DNA from: Octopus sinensis
Taxonomy: Eukaryota
Length of the DNA: 64,000 nucleotides
Assembly (NCBI RefSeq): GCF_006345805.1
Contig: NC_042998.1
Span: 4,588,001-4,652,000, forward strand
Direction of reading: 5' to 3'
Part shown: positions 37,673 through 51,316 of the stretch, one piece after another
How the letters are laid out: every line of letters starts with the position of its first letter
How positions within the stretch are numbered: the first letter of the stretch is position 1
Notes under the pieces: generated by a model
Told to the model about the DNA's origin: nothing
The model's database searches: none
What the model saw: only the letters and a program-made list of their open reading frames with translations
Made by a program: the position numbers and the translations under genes

Positions 37673-38822
37673 TGCGCGTGTATGTGTGTGTGTGTATGTG
37701 TGTGTAAGTGTGCATTTCTTTAACATACATAAGAGAATATAATTATAGCTTGAGATATATTCTTTTATTTATCTATTTATCTCTCATCGATTCCACACTT
37801 TTTTCGGGAGTGTGTGTATGAAATTATGCTATATATATATGTGTGTGTGTGTATGTAAATATTTCTAGGTATGTATATGTATATATATATATATATCTAT
37901 GTATGTATGTATATGTGTATATATATATATGTATGTATATGCATATATATATATGTATATGTATATATATGTATATATGTATATGTATATATATATCTAT
38001 ATATGTATACGTATATATATGTATATGTATATATATTTATATACACATGCATATGTATGTATACAGGTATACAGGCACACACGTATATACACCTATACAC
38101 ATGTGAATATATTAACGTAACCACATACATACGCCTCCATAGACACGCATATGTTTACAAGAAATGACGTAGGTAATTTATTGTTAGTGACAATGCCAAA
38201 CGTCAGTTGATTTTCTTGATATGTGATATGTATTTATTGATATTTCATTTAATTCCTGAATGTATCTATGCACGTTTTCTGGTTGATACACTGCAAAAAA
38301 TATACGCAATGTAAATTTTGGCATTCGCAAGATTTTCATCTGATGTTCTCAGTATGTTTTATTCTCTGCTGTCTCTTTTTGTCAACGAGATTTTCATGCT
38401 ATAACAACCTTCAATAGATGATTAGTAAACTAATTACATATTTCATGGATAAATTTGATAGAGTTATCTCGGAAAAGGAAACAAGGAAAGAAGCTTATAC
38501 ATCCGAAGAAAGAAAACCGTCAAGTTTCTAATATTTTTGTTGTTATATGTCATTTTATCGTTATATATGTTTTCTTCATATTGTTTGTATATATGTGGGT
38601 TGCTTGTTTTGTACAGTAATAACATTAGATTCATGGAGAAGTGTAAGTTTTCAGTATTTACGATTTTGCAAAAGCAAAAGAATTACAAGATTAATATGCT
38701 CTACTACTGCATGAATTTGGAATAGGAGAGCGACAAATTATTCAGATAGGTCGTGTTATCAAAAAGACAAATAATAAAACCATGGATGCATTAAAATTTC
38801 TTTTTAATCAAGTCACTGAAAT

Positions 38823-39038
38823 TAAGGCGGTGAGCTGACAGAATCGTCAGCACGCCGGACAAAATGCTTAGCAGTATTTCATTCGTCTTTATGCTCTGAG
38901 TTAGAATTCTTCGAGAACGATTTTGCCTTTTATCCACGCGCGGGTGATAAAATAAGTACACCTGTTGAACATTGGGGTCGATGTAATCGACTTACTCGCT
39001 ACCAGAAAACTACTGGCTTTGTGCCAAATTTTCAAATC
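38823..39038 (+). mobile_element. tRNA-derived SINE (TAAGGCGGCGAGCTG family), diverged
   Basis: Head TAAGGCGGTGAGCTGACAGAATCGTCAGCACGCCGG matches the reverse complement of 23471-23706. Confidence 0.85.
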
Positions 39039-40639
39039 ATTAAAACGTGCAGTAGGATATTTGTAGGACATATTCTAAATACCATTTTGCCCTATGTAAC
39101 CGTTATATAGGTTACATTTTTATTACACATACATAAACGATGGCTGCTTCCTTGTTTTCGGTTTAACCGTCGCTTGAACAATTGAAGAAACTCGTGTGTG
39201 AGTAACACGGATGTGACTTTTCAAGTTGGAAAGTGATGTACATTTTTAGGCACAAGTGTTTACATACATGATTGCACCAAACAAAATCAGGAGACAGTTT
39301 TTGGTCACCATGCACAGCCAGGTGTCATTTCAAGCTCTCAGCTTATATGCAAACCTTTCCACCTTCATGGTACGTTGTTATACTAAGTACGGCGCAATCC
39401 AAATCAACTAACATTATGTGCATGCATGTCAGTTCACTCTGGTCATCCACTTCTCCTGGAAATATCACGTCTGCACCCTTCCTAGCATCCGTTTTCCATT
39501 TCTCGTCATTTCTACCAGCGATTTCTACACACATACACACCCACACAAAAACACACATACACACATATATATGCATCTATGAGTGTGTGTCTGAGTGTGT
39601 AAGTGTGTTTGTGTCATGCAATGAAATACAAGTACTCTCAAACATGCTGACGCAAAGATAAAAAATACACATGATATGTATGTTCATATGCAAAAGTCTG
39701 AAAAATGTCCCTAAGTAATATCGAAGAAGTAAATTTTGAAGAAAGATTCATAATTTCTTCTTACTTTAAAAGTTTATATCTTCATAAAACTTCTCAATTT
39801 ATTCTAAAATCAAAATCAATGTGTATAACTGTTATGAACAACGCTTCTGAATGGATTAAATTTTAACATTCAATATTCTTTTCATACTCGTCGTAAAAAA
39901 TTACATATTTCATTTTGGGTGTCTTTTTCTTTTAATTTGCATGATGAAACTCAATTACTGACATCAAGCCGAAAATTACAGCAGTTGACACGTTACACTG
40001 AAATGTATAATAGACGCCACGAAACGGTGCAAGAATTAAGACGCTTGTGATGTGGTTTATGATTTGGTACTGCTCGATGTTCTAATGAAAATAGTCTGAG
40101 ACATCGAAATGCATGTACAGTGCCAGCGGAAAATACTGTTAGAATTGACCTCTTATTGTTTCCTTATACTATAATATGAAGCATATAAAGCACAGACACA
40201 AATACTTGTGTGAGTATGAAGAAGGAAGAAGGTCGAATACTTGTTGCCACTTCATTTTTTTCTGGGTCTCTCCACGCAATGTGTTCGTTTTTAGAGTTAA
40301 AAATGCTTATATAATACTCCAATCAGTATAACTAAGTTATTGATTTTGGAAGAGACTAGGAAGTTTTATGAAGAAAACATACGCCAGTAATAATTCTTTA
40401 GCAAGCCAATGCAATAAAGGGATTTTATGATCGTGTTTGCATAAATTGATAGACACATATGATAGCACGGTGCACTGTAAAGCTTCGTGGCGATGCAACT
40501 GAGAGTGTAAACCAGGAATGGACCCAGCAGATTCGCCCGCAGTCGAACGTTTCGACAGAAATCTTCGTAAAGCAGACACAATTCGTATTTAGTAAATGGA
40601 AGTCTACGCTGCAGGATTCGCATTTTCAGTACACACACA

Positions 40640-41358
40640 GTGTTATATCGCAATACTACAAAGTGGCCGTGTGAGCTACGAAATCCTCGTCGCCACTTTT
40701 ATATTGCACGTTCGGATGGCTCTACTACTCAACTCTACTCTACTCTACTCCGTTCTAGTCTCCCTTGATGGTTAGACTTCTCCCTCTATATCTACGTATT
40801 GGGCTAGCCTACTTCATCCTCTTGGGGCGTCCACACAATCACACACACAATCACACACATATTCAGTTGTTCCATAATGCCGTAGAGATTTCGCACATGT
40901 GTAGTTTAGTACGGAGGCGCAATGACCCAGTGGTTAGGGCAGCGGACTCGCGGTCATAGGATAGCGGTTTCGATTCCCAGACCGGGCGTTGTGAGTGTTT
41001 ATTGAGCGAAAACACCTAAAAGCTCCACGAGGCTCCGGCAGGGGATGGTGGTGATCCCTGCTGTACTCTTTCACCACAACTTTCTCTCACTCTTACTTCC
41101 AGTTTCTGTTGTACCTGTATTTCAAAGGGCCGGCCTTGTCACTCTCTGTGTCACGCTGAATATCCTCGAGAACTACGTTAAGGGTACACGTGTCTGTGGA
41201 GTGCTCAGCCACTTACACATTAATTTCACGAGCAGGCTGTTCCGTTGATTCGGATCAACCGGAACCCTCGTCGTCGTAACCGACGGAATGCTTCCATCAA
41301 GTTAGTTATGAGATTTCTTTTCACGTCGTTTGTAATAGTAAGTTGTTTTTTACAACAA
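40640..41358. mobile_element. Possible solo LTR interrupted by a SINE
   Basis: Starts TGTTATA and ends TTACAACA. The CT-rich CTCAACTCTACTC stretch is similar in character to the LTR at 9540-9824. No TSD seen. Confidence 0.3.
40911..41298 (+). mobile_element. Full-length tRNA-derived SINE
   Basis: Near-identical to 24874-25264. Confidence 0.9.
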
Positions 41359-41807
41359 TGTCGCAACTCATAGGAGTTGATAAGGTTTTATAAGCAGAGT
41401 AGCTAACTTTAACAATATTAACTTTTCATATCTTGTAATGCGTACAACAATAATTCCGGGAACTTCTTTGATATATTGGTTTTTAGGGTTCAGTAAAAAC
41501 AGGATTATACCACATTATTGAATGTAATCCCTGTAAGTTCCTAAACATATAGCGGTGAATAGTATTTTCGAGAAATCTTGTGTGTAAAATTATTATATAC
41601 ACAACAGAGTGCTCTCACAGGAACCCATAGAAGTATCAAATAATTTATCAATGTTTTTGTTACCCAACTCCCATTACATATGTGCTTTTGTGTGTGTGTG
41701 TGTTTTTGTGGGGTTTTGTGAGCGTGTGTATTTGTATGCAAACATGGGAATATTTTATATATACATATAATGAATATTTATACACAGAGCAAGAATGAGA
41801 GAAAAAG

Positions 41808-41865
<58 letters not shown>

Positions 41866-42988
41866 GTACATATGTATGTGTGTATATATATATATATATG
41901 TATATATATGTATATATGTATATATATATGTATACTATACATATATATATATATACATACAAATATATATATATATATATAAATGAGATAAGTTTGTGGT
42001 ATCATATTTATTATAGAGAGTGAAGTAAAGTTTCTTTACAGTTTAAATGAGTTTCAAGGATTAGCTAACTGGATTTTTGAATAGCCCAGTATATAACCAT
42101 TGGGATAACCTATTTAAATTAACAAAAAGACAATGCAAAGTTACTAAAATATAAAAGAAAAAGTGTCATAAACATTTTATATCCAGATATATTTAATCGA
42201 AACTTCTTTCTTGGATTTAAGAATGAGCCACTTCGTTTACGTAGAGTATAAATACATGGAATATTTTACGAGCTTGTTAAATTTTAAAAATATACATCTT
42301 TAGTGGATAAATCTGCTGTAAGAAATATAGCTTCATTCATATTATATTACTTTGAAATATAATATGCTTAACATGCAATATTAACACATATATTTAGTAA
42401 AATATATTGAGAGATTACAGATATTTAAAAATGCATCCAATACACAGGGGAAGCTTAATATTTGCCTATTATTTAAAAAAGAATGTATAAATGTAGAAGT
42501 TACAATTTGAAAGAAAAATATAATCTACTGTGAACATAACATTTATAAAGTTTTGAATAGATCTAAATTAATTTCATGTATTTCGTCAACTGCTGGTATG
42601 AAAATTGTATTTCTAGAACTAACATTATATATAGGAAGTAATACAGATTGAACACACAATGGGATTAGCGTGTTTAGAAGAAAACTACAAACTGCTAAGA
42701 AGAAAAAACGAAAAGAAAATATGTAAGAAATTAAGGATTTTTATAAATGTATGTTCTTGAATACAGTATTTATACAGTGTACCTTGTACAATGGAATAAT
42801 ATTCAAAAGTATGTTATATATGCACAATCAAAGAGCAATGTTCTGCGAATAATTAGTTATATTTTAATGAAGTGAGCGTATAAAAATCAATGTAAATAAA
42901 ACAGTTGCTCACTTGTTCCTCCAATTATATCACTTCACATATATCATCACAACACCATCTATCTTACTATCTATCTATCTAACATATA

Positions 42989-44110
42989 CAGAGGTTGGAC
43001 AAAATAACCTAAACATCTTAAAATTTGAAACAAATTTATTTTAATATGGGGTAGGACCGCCTTTGGCAGTAATTGCATCTTGAATTCTATGGGGTATGGA
43101 CTCGTACAAAGTTTGAATTATTTCCAAAGGAATTTTTTGTCCCTTCTTCAGTTAAAATAATCTCCAGGTTTTGTAGTGGTGACGGTGGAGGAGATCAACT
43201 CCTTGCTTTTCTAAAGTGCACCATAAATGTTCAATAATATTGAGATCTGCTGACTCTGGTGGCCAGATAAGATATTCAACTTCACTAGAATGTTCCTCGT
43301 GCCATTCAATAACAAATTTAGCTGTGTGAATTGGTGCATTATCAACCCGAAAGATGGCATTACCCTCCGGAAACTGTTTCGCAAGTATACGATTTCCAAG
43401 ATATAGCCCTCCCCCCGCCCCAATCATCACAGATCCCCCTCCATCTTTAACAGTTGGAGGAAGGCAGTCTATGTCAGATGCTTCTTTTGGTGGTCTCTAC
43501 ACGTGTACTCAGCCGGTGGTCGGAAATAAGGTAAAGGATGATTCGTCCAAGAAAATAACATTCTTTCACTGCTCTAAAGACCAATTCTTTAGGTTTTTAC
43601 TCCACTCTAAACGCTTTGAAACGTTTGTTTTTGAAATTAGTAGGTTTCTGATTGCAACCCCCCGTGAAATCCGGCTTTGTGCAGCTCCCGGCATTTGTGG
43701 AAACTGGGTTCTCTCGGTGGTCATTAAGCTCTACAGTAATTTTGGAAGCAGTTCTTTTGTGATCCTTTCTAACAATTCGCGTAATATTCTGACGGTCCCT
43801 ATCTGAATGGTTTGGTTTTTCTTCCGGAGTTTTGTTTCGACGAAGAGGTTGTTCCCTCTTTCTCAAAGACTGTCATTACTTTCGAGACAGTACTTCTTCA
43901 TACACGAAACATTTCGGCTGTTTCCGTTACCCTAGCGCCTGCCATACGAGTACAAACGATTTGACCTCTTTGAAAGTTCGATAAATCTGTCATTTTAATG
44001 AATTTTAATTACCTTTTTCTGATGGTATCTGAAAAGAAGCAGCATGTTTAGCAAAACGTATTAAGCAACACTAATAATAAATAAAAAAGCGTAAAAATAT
44101 AAAAGCTTTC
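42989..44110 (-). mobile_element. Decayed Tc1-family transposon with DD36E spacing; one TIR visible
   Basis: TA|CAGAGGTTGGACAAAATAA terminus. MTDLSNFQRGQIV...SGRK...SDRDRQNITRIVRK. DNAPIHT...WPPESADLNIIEHLW has 36 residues between the second D and the E. Confidence 0.9.
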
Positions 44111-44178
44111 GACAGTTTTATAGATATTTAAAAATTATGATGCTATGATGCTAAGTAAGAAAGTTAAAGAGTACATTA

Positions 44179-44281
<103 letters not shown>

Positions 44282-44517
44282 TATATATATATGTATGTAT
44301 ATACACATCTAATATAGATTAAATTTTTCGGAAAAATGTTATCAATGGCCAGCATATTAAAAGATACCTTTAAAGGTTAAATTTATAAACAAGGGCAAAG
44401 GAAATAATTTCTAATGCCAAATTTGCCGAAACTAGACATCGTCCATAGCCATATAATCCATCACTATAAGCATGTGTTTCGATGAAAGCCGACAAAAATT
44501 TCTAAAAAATTCCGTTA

Positions 44518-44578
44518 TTACCATATCGGACCCGATTTCACAGTTAATTCATAAGAACCTTCTCTTCGTCAGTGATAA
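44518..44578 (-). ncRNA. Type I hammerhead ribozyme with intact core
   Basis: Minus strand UUAUCA-CUGACGA-[AGAG AA GGUUC UUAU GAAUU AA CUGU]-GAA-AUCG-GGUC-CGAU-A-UGGUAA. Stem I 6 bp, stem III 4 bp with tetraloop, AUA site; extended stem II has one G-G mismatch. Confidence 0.7.
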
Positions 44579-45214
44579 ATTAAATACTTATACCCATGGA
44601 AGAAGCAAACACTAAGTCATGAGCACATTTAAGTACCCCAAATACATCCAAAATAGAAATGTTTCCCGCCCGTTCGAGACACGTGCGATTCGAACTGAAA
44701 ACTCTCATAGAGTGAGAGAGTCCGGAAGTGAACACTATTAAATTTACATCTAATATAGGATAACATTTTTCTAAAAAAATTTTATCAATGACCAGCATAT
44801 TAAAAAAATACCTTTAAAGGTTAAATTTATAGACAACTTATAAACAAGGGCAAAAGAAGAAAATTTCTAATGCCAAATATGCCGAAACTAGACATATCGT
44901 CCATAACCATATAATTCATCACTATAAGCACCCGTTTCGAAGAATACCTTTAGCCTTTAAAAGTATTTTTTAATATGCTGGTCATTGATTAAATTTTTTT
45001 CGAAAAATGTTATCCTATATTAGATGTAAATTTAATAGTGTTCACTTCCGGACTCTCTCACTCCATGAGAGTTTTCAGTTCGAATCGCACGTGTCTCGAA
45101 TGGACTGGAGAATTTCTATTTTGGATGTATTTGGGGTACTTAATTGTGCTCATGACTTAGTGTTTACTTCTTCCATGGGTATAAGTAAGTATTTCATTTA
45201 TTTCTTTGCCGCAT

Positions 45215-45275
45215 TTATCACTGCCGAAGAGAAGGTTCTTATGAATTAACTGTGAAATCGGGTTCGATATGGTAA
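45215..45275 (+). ncRNA. Inverted copy of the 44518 hammerhead with A6C core change
   Basis: UUAUCA-CUGCCGA-...-GAA-AUCG-GGUU-CGAU-A-UGGUAA. Confidence 0.6.
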
Positions 45276-45357
45276 TAACGGAATTTTTTAGAAATGTGTC
45301 TAGTTTCGGCATATTTGGCATTAGAAAAATTTTTCTTTTGCCCTTGTTTATAAGTTG

Positions 45358-45388
<31 letters not shown>

Positions 45389-46210
45389 ATAGATAGATAG
45401 ATAAACAGACAGACAGACAGATAAATAGATAGATAGATATAGAAAATGAGGTTTTAGTCCACTGCTGATTATACTACCCCCTCTCTTTCTCTCTCTCTCT
45501 CTATATATATATATATGTACATATATATACATATTTATAGTTATCCATATATACATATATATCTACACACACTCACACATATAGGCTTTCGTTGATTAGA
45601 TCACCTAGAACCTCCCGTCGTCGTAATCGACGGAGTGCCTCAATATGCACATACTCACCAGCTGCTATATCTGATTCTGCCTAGACTTTGGGCCCAGTAT
45701 GGTATTGACTTAAGAGTAGGCGGACGGAGTACAAAGAACTGTGTGGGAACTTATATATAGACGTACAAACGTATGTACGCGAACATACTGAACGTCTCCC
45801 CACGCATTATCTTATGCACTTGAGCTTTCAGAAACCCATGTCTCTGCTCTCTCATCGTTTATCTTTTTTTTATATCTGCTAACTGCCATCTTTCATATAT
45901 AGAAGTAATTTCAAGACAGGCACGAGCGGGAGACTGAAGTAATGAAAGGATTTGAAAAGAAATAACAAAACTGGAGGAAGAGAATACGAATGATGTTGGA
46001 AAAGACACGAAAAGAAATAGGGTAGCTGAATAGGTTAATGAGAGGAGAGCTCAAGAATGAGGTAGTAAGTAGAAAATTGGACAGACAGGTTAGAAGACAA
46101 GGGAAGCAAATTATTTCTGTGGTTTATCTATCTATACACACATACACACACACATATATATATAAAAACATATATATATATATAATATATATATATATAA
46201 TATATATATA

Positions 46211-46304
<94 letters not shown>

Positions 46305-47081
46305 ATATATATATACATAAATGAAAGAATGGAGTCGAACGAAGATGTTAAGAAAATTCCTTTACTCTCGGTTAAACGAATTTTCCATGCTAACGATAAA
46401 CATAGGATAATTCATTCACCTACTTAAATATATATATATATACATATAGGTATGTATGAATATATATGTACGTGTGTGCATGTGTGTATGTATTTATGTA
46501 TAAATTTATATTGTGTGCACATATGTACATAGGAATGTTGATAATAATTATTTGTGAATATGTTTCCTAAGTGTTGTATGTATGCAGAAGTTTATGCATG
46601 TATGTGTATTTAGTATGTAAGTTTGGAGTTAGATTGTTCATAATATTTGTTGTAAATTTTGTTGAATTAGCCGTTACTGTGTGGTCATTGTAATTCATAC
46701 ACTATTTGGAAGACAAACATCAAAGACTCTGTCAGGATTTAAGTGTCACAAGTGGATGCGTATAATATGATTTTCAGATTTTTATGATAGTTGATGAGTG
46801 AAATTCTGTCATCAAAGGTGGAAGCTTCATTTTTACATCTGCTTGTTCCCATACTTGTTTGTTCACGATGGTGAATCCCCAAACAAACGCCAGCCTTTTC
46901 ATTCTGTTTGTTTTTTTCTTTCTTTTTCTATTCTCAAATTCCATAACAAATTCGGAATGTACAGTAACAGTTAAGCTTCTTTTTGTGTGTAGCGTAGCAA
47001 AATATGCCTTATTTCCATACAGAGATGGTCGGTGTGAAATTAATGTTTTAAATATATATATGTACAAATATACATATATAC

Positions 47082-47159
<78 letters not shown>

Positions 47160-47178
47160 TACATATATATATGTATAT

Positions 47179-47250
<72 letters not shown>

Positions 47251-48797
47251 CCACATCTGATGCACAGTCACAATCACGGTGCTAAGTAACCTAAATGGTA
47301 CTGGTAACTTGAAACGTTAACTTCGAATGTATTCAAGGAAGATAACCTAAATCACTTCCTGAAGACTGGCAACCCAATACAACAACATTATTCAAACACT
47401 GAAGAGTGCCTTCAGTCATCATGTAGCCAGCAGGTGCTCCTGGGACTCAAATCTGCAAAAGTTTATCTTAGTGTTTGTTTTGTTCGTAAGAATCTCAATG
47501 AAATTCTCAACCATGATTATCTTTAAAGTGGTAATTCACGAGACAAGCCACTTTGCCTAACTTCATACTGCGCTCACTATGCAAATATCATCCGGGGCTA
47601 TCGCTTTACTCTGCAGTAGAGTCAGCATCGCATATACGTGCACGACTAATGCATAAGTACTTCTAGTTGTTTCAGACTAACAAGAACATTCACCTCAAAA
47701 ATGTCCTGTCCATAAACCTCACGCAAGGCATCACATAGAAGTAAAAGCAGAGAAAGTTTGAATGTATTCATGAATTCCTGAACAAAGTAATGGAGAACTG
47801 AACAAATATCTCCTATATAATACGAAACGTTGCTAAATTTCTGTCAACGTAGAGAACCAAATAATTTATATTTTCTTAATGTGGCAATATTTTAAACAAA
47901 GATTCTTGAAGAATTTCATTTTTCTCCTCTTTCCATATATCTTTCACTAATATCAACATGCTACTCTCTTATTATTTTTTGTAGAAGGCCATTTATTCCT
48001 TTTTTGTAAAAACTTCTTTAAAATCGTTACAAAGTAATGAAGAATATCTTTGCAATTTTTCAACATGTTAACATTTTATTTTGTAAAAATTTATGTGTTC
48101 CGTTTAGTATTCGTTTTATATACTGTGAATATTACTGAAATAAAATAACTACGAAGATATCTAAAGTTATTTGATATGTTAAATGTCAATAAAAAAGATA
48201 AATATTGAAAATATAAAACTTTGGTGAAAAAAGATTATCGACCTAAAATGTACGTTTTGCATAAGAGAAATTCATGTATGTCGATTAACATTAAATTTCA
48301 AATTGTTTTGCATGTCTTCTTAGAAAAGAGAGATATTGGCTTCAATTCTACATTTACCGGATACCCATACAAGCCAGCGAATGAGGCTTTACATGATCGA
48401 TCCACAATCTACAGATCGTAGGCCGATTTCCTTGAAATCAAAGCTTATTTCCTTGAAACTTATCTTATAAATTCAATATATGTCTGAATACAAAAATTGG
48501 ATGGTCGAAGCTTGAACGCTTTGGTTATCAGTTTACTTGGTTAGAACAGATCTGGAATTAAATAACACTTACTATTTCTTAAAGCAATCTTTATTAATAG
48601 CGTTGACTGTATCAGAGAGTGACAGATAAGATTAATCATATTTGAGACGGCAAAAGAAAAAAAAAACGAAAAAATGTTAGAGTTTGGTAACAATGTTATC
48701 CGATTAAATACCAACACACCACTTATGCATTAGAAGCAAACCTAGCACGTGGAAAATGGTTCGACATGCAGTTTCCCTTTCTGAGACTCATTAAATA

Positions 48798-50083
48798 TTA
48801 GGTCGTCAAATAGGAAATTTGTACAAAAGAAAAATGTTTGTTAATGTTTTATAAATACAAGGAGTATATTTATTCATCAAAGTATGCACCCATATAGTCA
48901 ATACACGTTTCAATGGTAGCTTGTCCAGCACGGAACTGTAAAAGTAAAAGTCTGGCAATCTAGAGTCAATAAAATCTTGGAATGTCTGTTTTACAGCATC
49001 GACAGAATTAAATTTATTTTTTCCTATCAAAAAGTTATCCAAGTTCTGAAAGAAGTGGTAGTCAGTGGGGGCAAGATCAGGTGAGTATGGTGGATGATGG
49101 ATAACTTCCAACTGCAACTCTTGTAGTTTCGCCAATGTCAGTTTTGCGATGTGTGGTCTGACGTTGTCTTCCAATATAATAGGAGTGGATCTGTTGATTA
49201 ACCTAAACTATCCTTTTGTAAGTTTCTGCATCATTTGGTCCAGCTGGCTGTGGTATATTTCAGCCGTGATTGATGAGCCAGGTTTAAGGAAATCATAATG
49301 GATCACACCTGCACCAGACCACCAAACACACACCATCATCTTCTTTCAATGAATTTGCCTTTTGGAATGTGTTTTGATGGCTCATCTTTGTCCAACCATT
49401 GTGCTGAACGTTTACGGTTGTTGTATTGGATCCATTTCTCATCACATCTTACAATTCGATTCTCAAATTATTCATTTTTGTGTCAGGAAAGTAGCATAAT
49501 GCAGGCTTCCAAGCGTTGCTGTTTCTGATTTTCATTGAGTTCATGTCGAACCCGCTTAACCAACTTTTTCACTTTACCGATTTAAACTAGGTGAGTCAAT
49601 ATTGTTTGCTCGCTAACTGCAAACAACAACGACAATTTACGGGCCCTTTGAGATGGAACTGGCATGACGGTGACTTTCAGTTTGTCATTATCCACATTTA
49701 TTTCTGATCGACCGGGTTGCTCATTTGTGAGGTCAAACTTACTAGAACGAAATTTTGCAAACCGATTTGATACTGTCTACTGTGTAATAACATTAGAATG
49801 AAATACTCCATTAATATTCCGAGCTGTCTGTGATGCTGTATTTCCAAGAAAGGGCTCATATTTCAAAACTGTACGAAGTTCTGACTTATACATCACTAGA
49901 CAAAAATAGCAAAAAACGATTTCTAAATACTGTACAAAGCGCAAAATGAGTTAGAATAAAGAAATGGAGGTGTCAACTTTCTAACAAAAAATAAAGATTG
50001 TTAAAATATAATAATGTCGCAAAATGAGCAGCTCTCAAAGTTTACCATATACCTTACAACAAATTTCATACTCGACAACCGAT
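48798..50083 (-). mobile_element. Decayed mariner (DD34D), approximately full length
   Basis: MYKSELRTVLKYE...TASQTARNIN. DNVRPH...HPPYSPDLAPTDYHFF has 34 residues between the Asps. Degenerate TIRs TTAGGTCGTCAAATAGGAAATTT and AAATTTCATACTCGACAACCGAT, flanked by TA. Confidence 0.9.
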
Positions 50084-51162
50084 TATTATCACTGTATTCA
50101 CTAAATAATACTGTATGAATTCAATAGCTATATAACTAAGGTACGCAAAGATGTTTAGCAATGAAGAATCTACTTATATTCCGTTGTGTTTTACCCATGT
50201 ACTTCAGGATAACAAATATTTATCAAATTATCTTCTTCAGAATATTTGATTTTAAAGGCCCTAGAACTCTTTATGTAGTCATGGAACTAATATACTGGTA
50301 TAATATATTTATTTGATGAAAATATTCATTTATTATTTGTATTTGTCAAATGAAACCTTTAGGGTTTGTATGGCATTTTCCTAAAACCTATATTTATCAC
50401 CGTATTCATCTTATAGTCTCCACTGATCCTCTCTCTCACTCTCTCACATATTTTCACGTTGTGTATATATATATATATATTATATATATATATATATATG
50501 AACATATCGTTTATCGCTTTATTCCCTTCTCAATTTGCAAATCCTTTCACTTTATATGTTTTTGCTTATAATTTGTTCAACTTCTTCACGTTTACATTAA
50601 AATTTTCTTTATCTTGGCACTTTTCTCTCTCTCAACTCTCATCCGTTTCCCTAAAGACAATCATTAATTTCTAAAACGTTTAAACAAAGATAAATCGTAC
50701 AGATATGTACAGATAGTTTGAAAAGCAGTCAATTCTTTAAATTCTATTTGCATAGTTATTCTTAAAGCGACTAGGCAGGTTTAGACACAAAATATGCTGG
50801 TCACAATGTCATAACAGAATAACGTCTCCCCTTTACGTCGATTGTCAAGTCAACGCACTTGGCTGGTTAGTGAAGGTCATTCTAGGACACTACTTATTCA
50901 ACGCATGTCTCATAAACCAGAAGCAAGCTAAACATTGAAGCCAATCGAAGTTGCTGGTCTGTTTATGCTTTCAGTAATCAAATTGCTTGCTAATCGATGC
51001 TATTATCTACCAACCGATAATAAATCGCTATTTGCATAGTGCACAGCGTTATCTAGAGCGGTTATCTTCGAATTTATAAAACATGTTGTACGTGATAGGA
51101 GGATACCTCCTGCCTTTTACGACGACTGTGTGTTCGACAAACCAGGCATATTGGCTCACGGC

Positions 51163-51215
51163 ATTCTGGGACACCGATGCTTCGATATGTTGGGTCGTGT
51201 CTCGTCAGACAGAAC
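51163..51215 (-). ncRNA. Type I hammerhead, minus polarity of the bipolar island
   Basis: GUUCUGU-CUGACGA-GACACG-ACCCAA-CAUAUC-GAA-GCAUCGGUGU-C-CCAGAAU. GUC site; A15.1 changed to G. Confidence 0.65.
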
Positions 51216-51265
51216 TAGATGATACACTAGACACTTGGGCTTCGTTTAGGCTCACAGTTAAGGCT

Positions 51266-51316
51266 GCGTCTAGCTGACGAGATGCAACATGTCGAAACAC
51301 CGGTGACTTACAACGC
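51266..51316 (+). ncRNA. Type I hammerhead, plus polarity of the bipolar island
   Basis: GCGUCUAG-CUGACGA-GAUG-CAA-CAUGUC-GAA-ACACCGGUGA-C-UUACAACGC. U16.1 changed to A; stem I has an internal loop. Confidence 0.65.

Larger units (their letters stand above)
44305..45357. repeat. ~442-bp unit in partial tandem plus an inverted copy (A-B-A then inverted A-B-A pieces)
   Basis: ACATCTAATATAG at 44305 and 44746; TATCAATG.CCAGCATATT at 44340 and 44783. The segment ~44505-44800 is the reverse complement of ~44965-45295. Confidence 0.9.

Noticed and set aside
39343-39576. 77-aa minus-strand ORF (...GADVIFPGEVDDQSELTCMHIMLVDLDC...)
   Set aside because: Starts in a microsatellite and shows no recognisable family; cannot be supported as an exon without RNA data.
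46774-47040. Non-repetitive tail of a 167-aa ORF (...[18 protein letters not shown]...)
   Set aside because: No recognisable motif or convincing splice sites.
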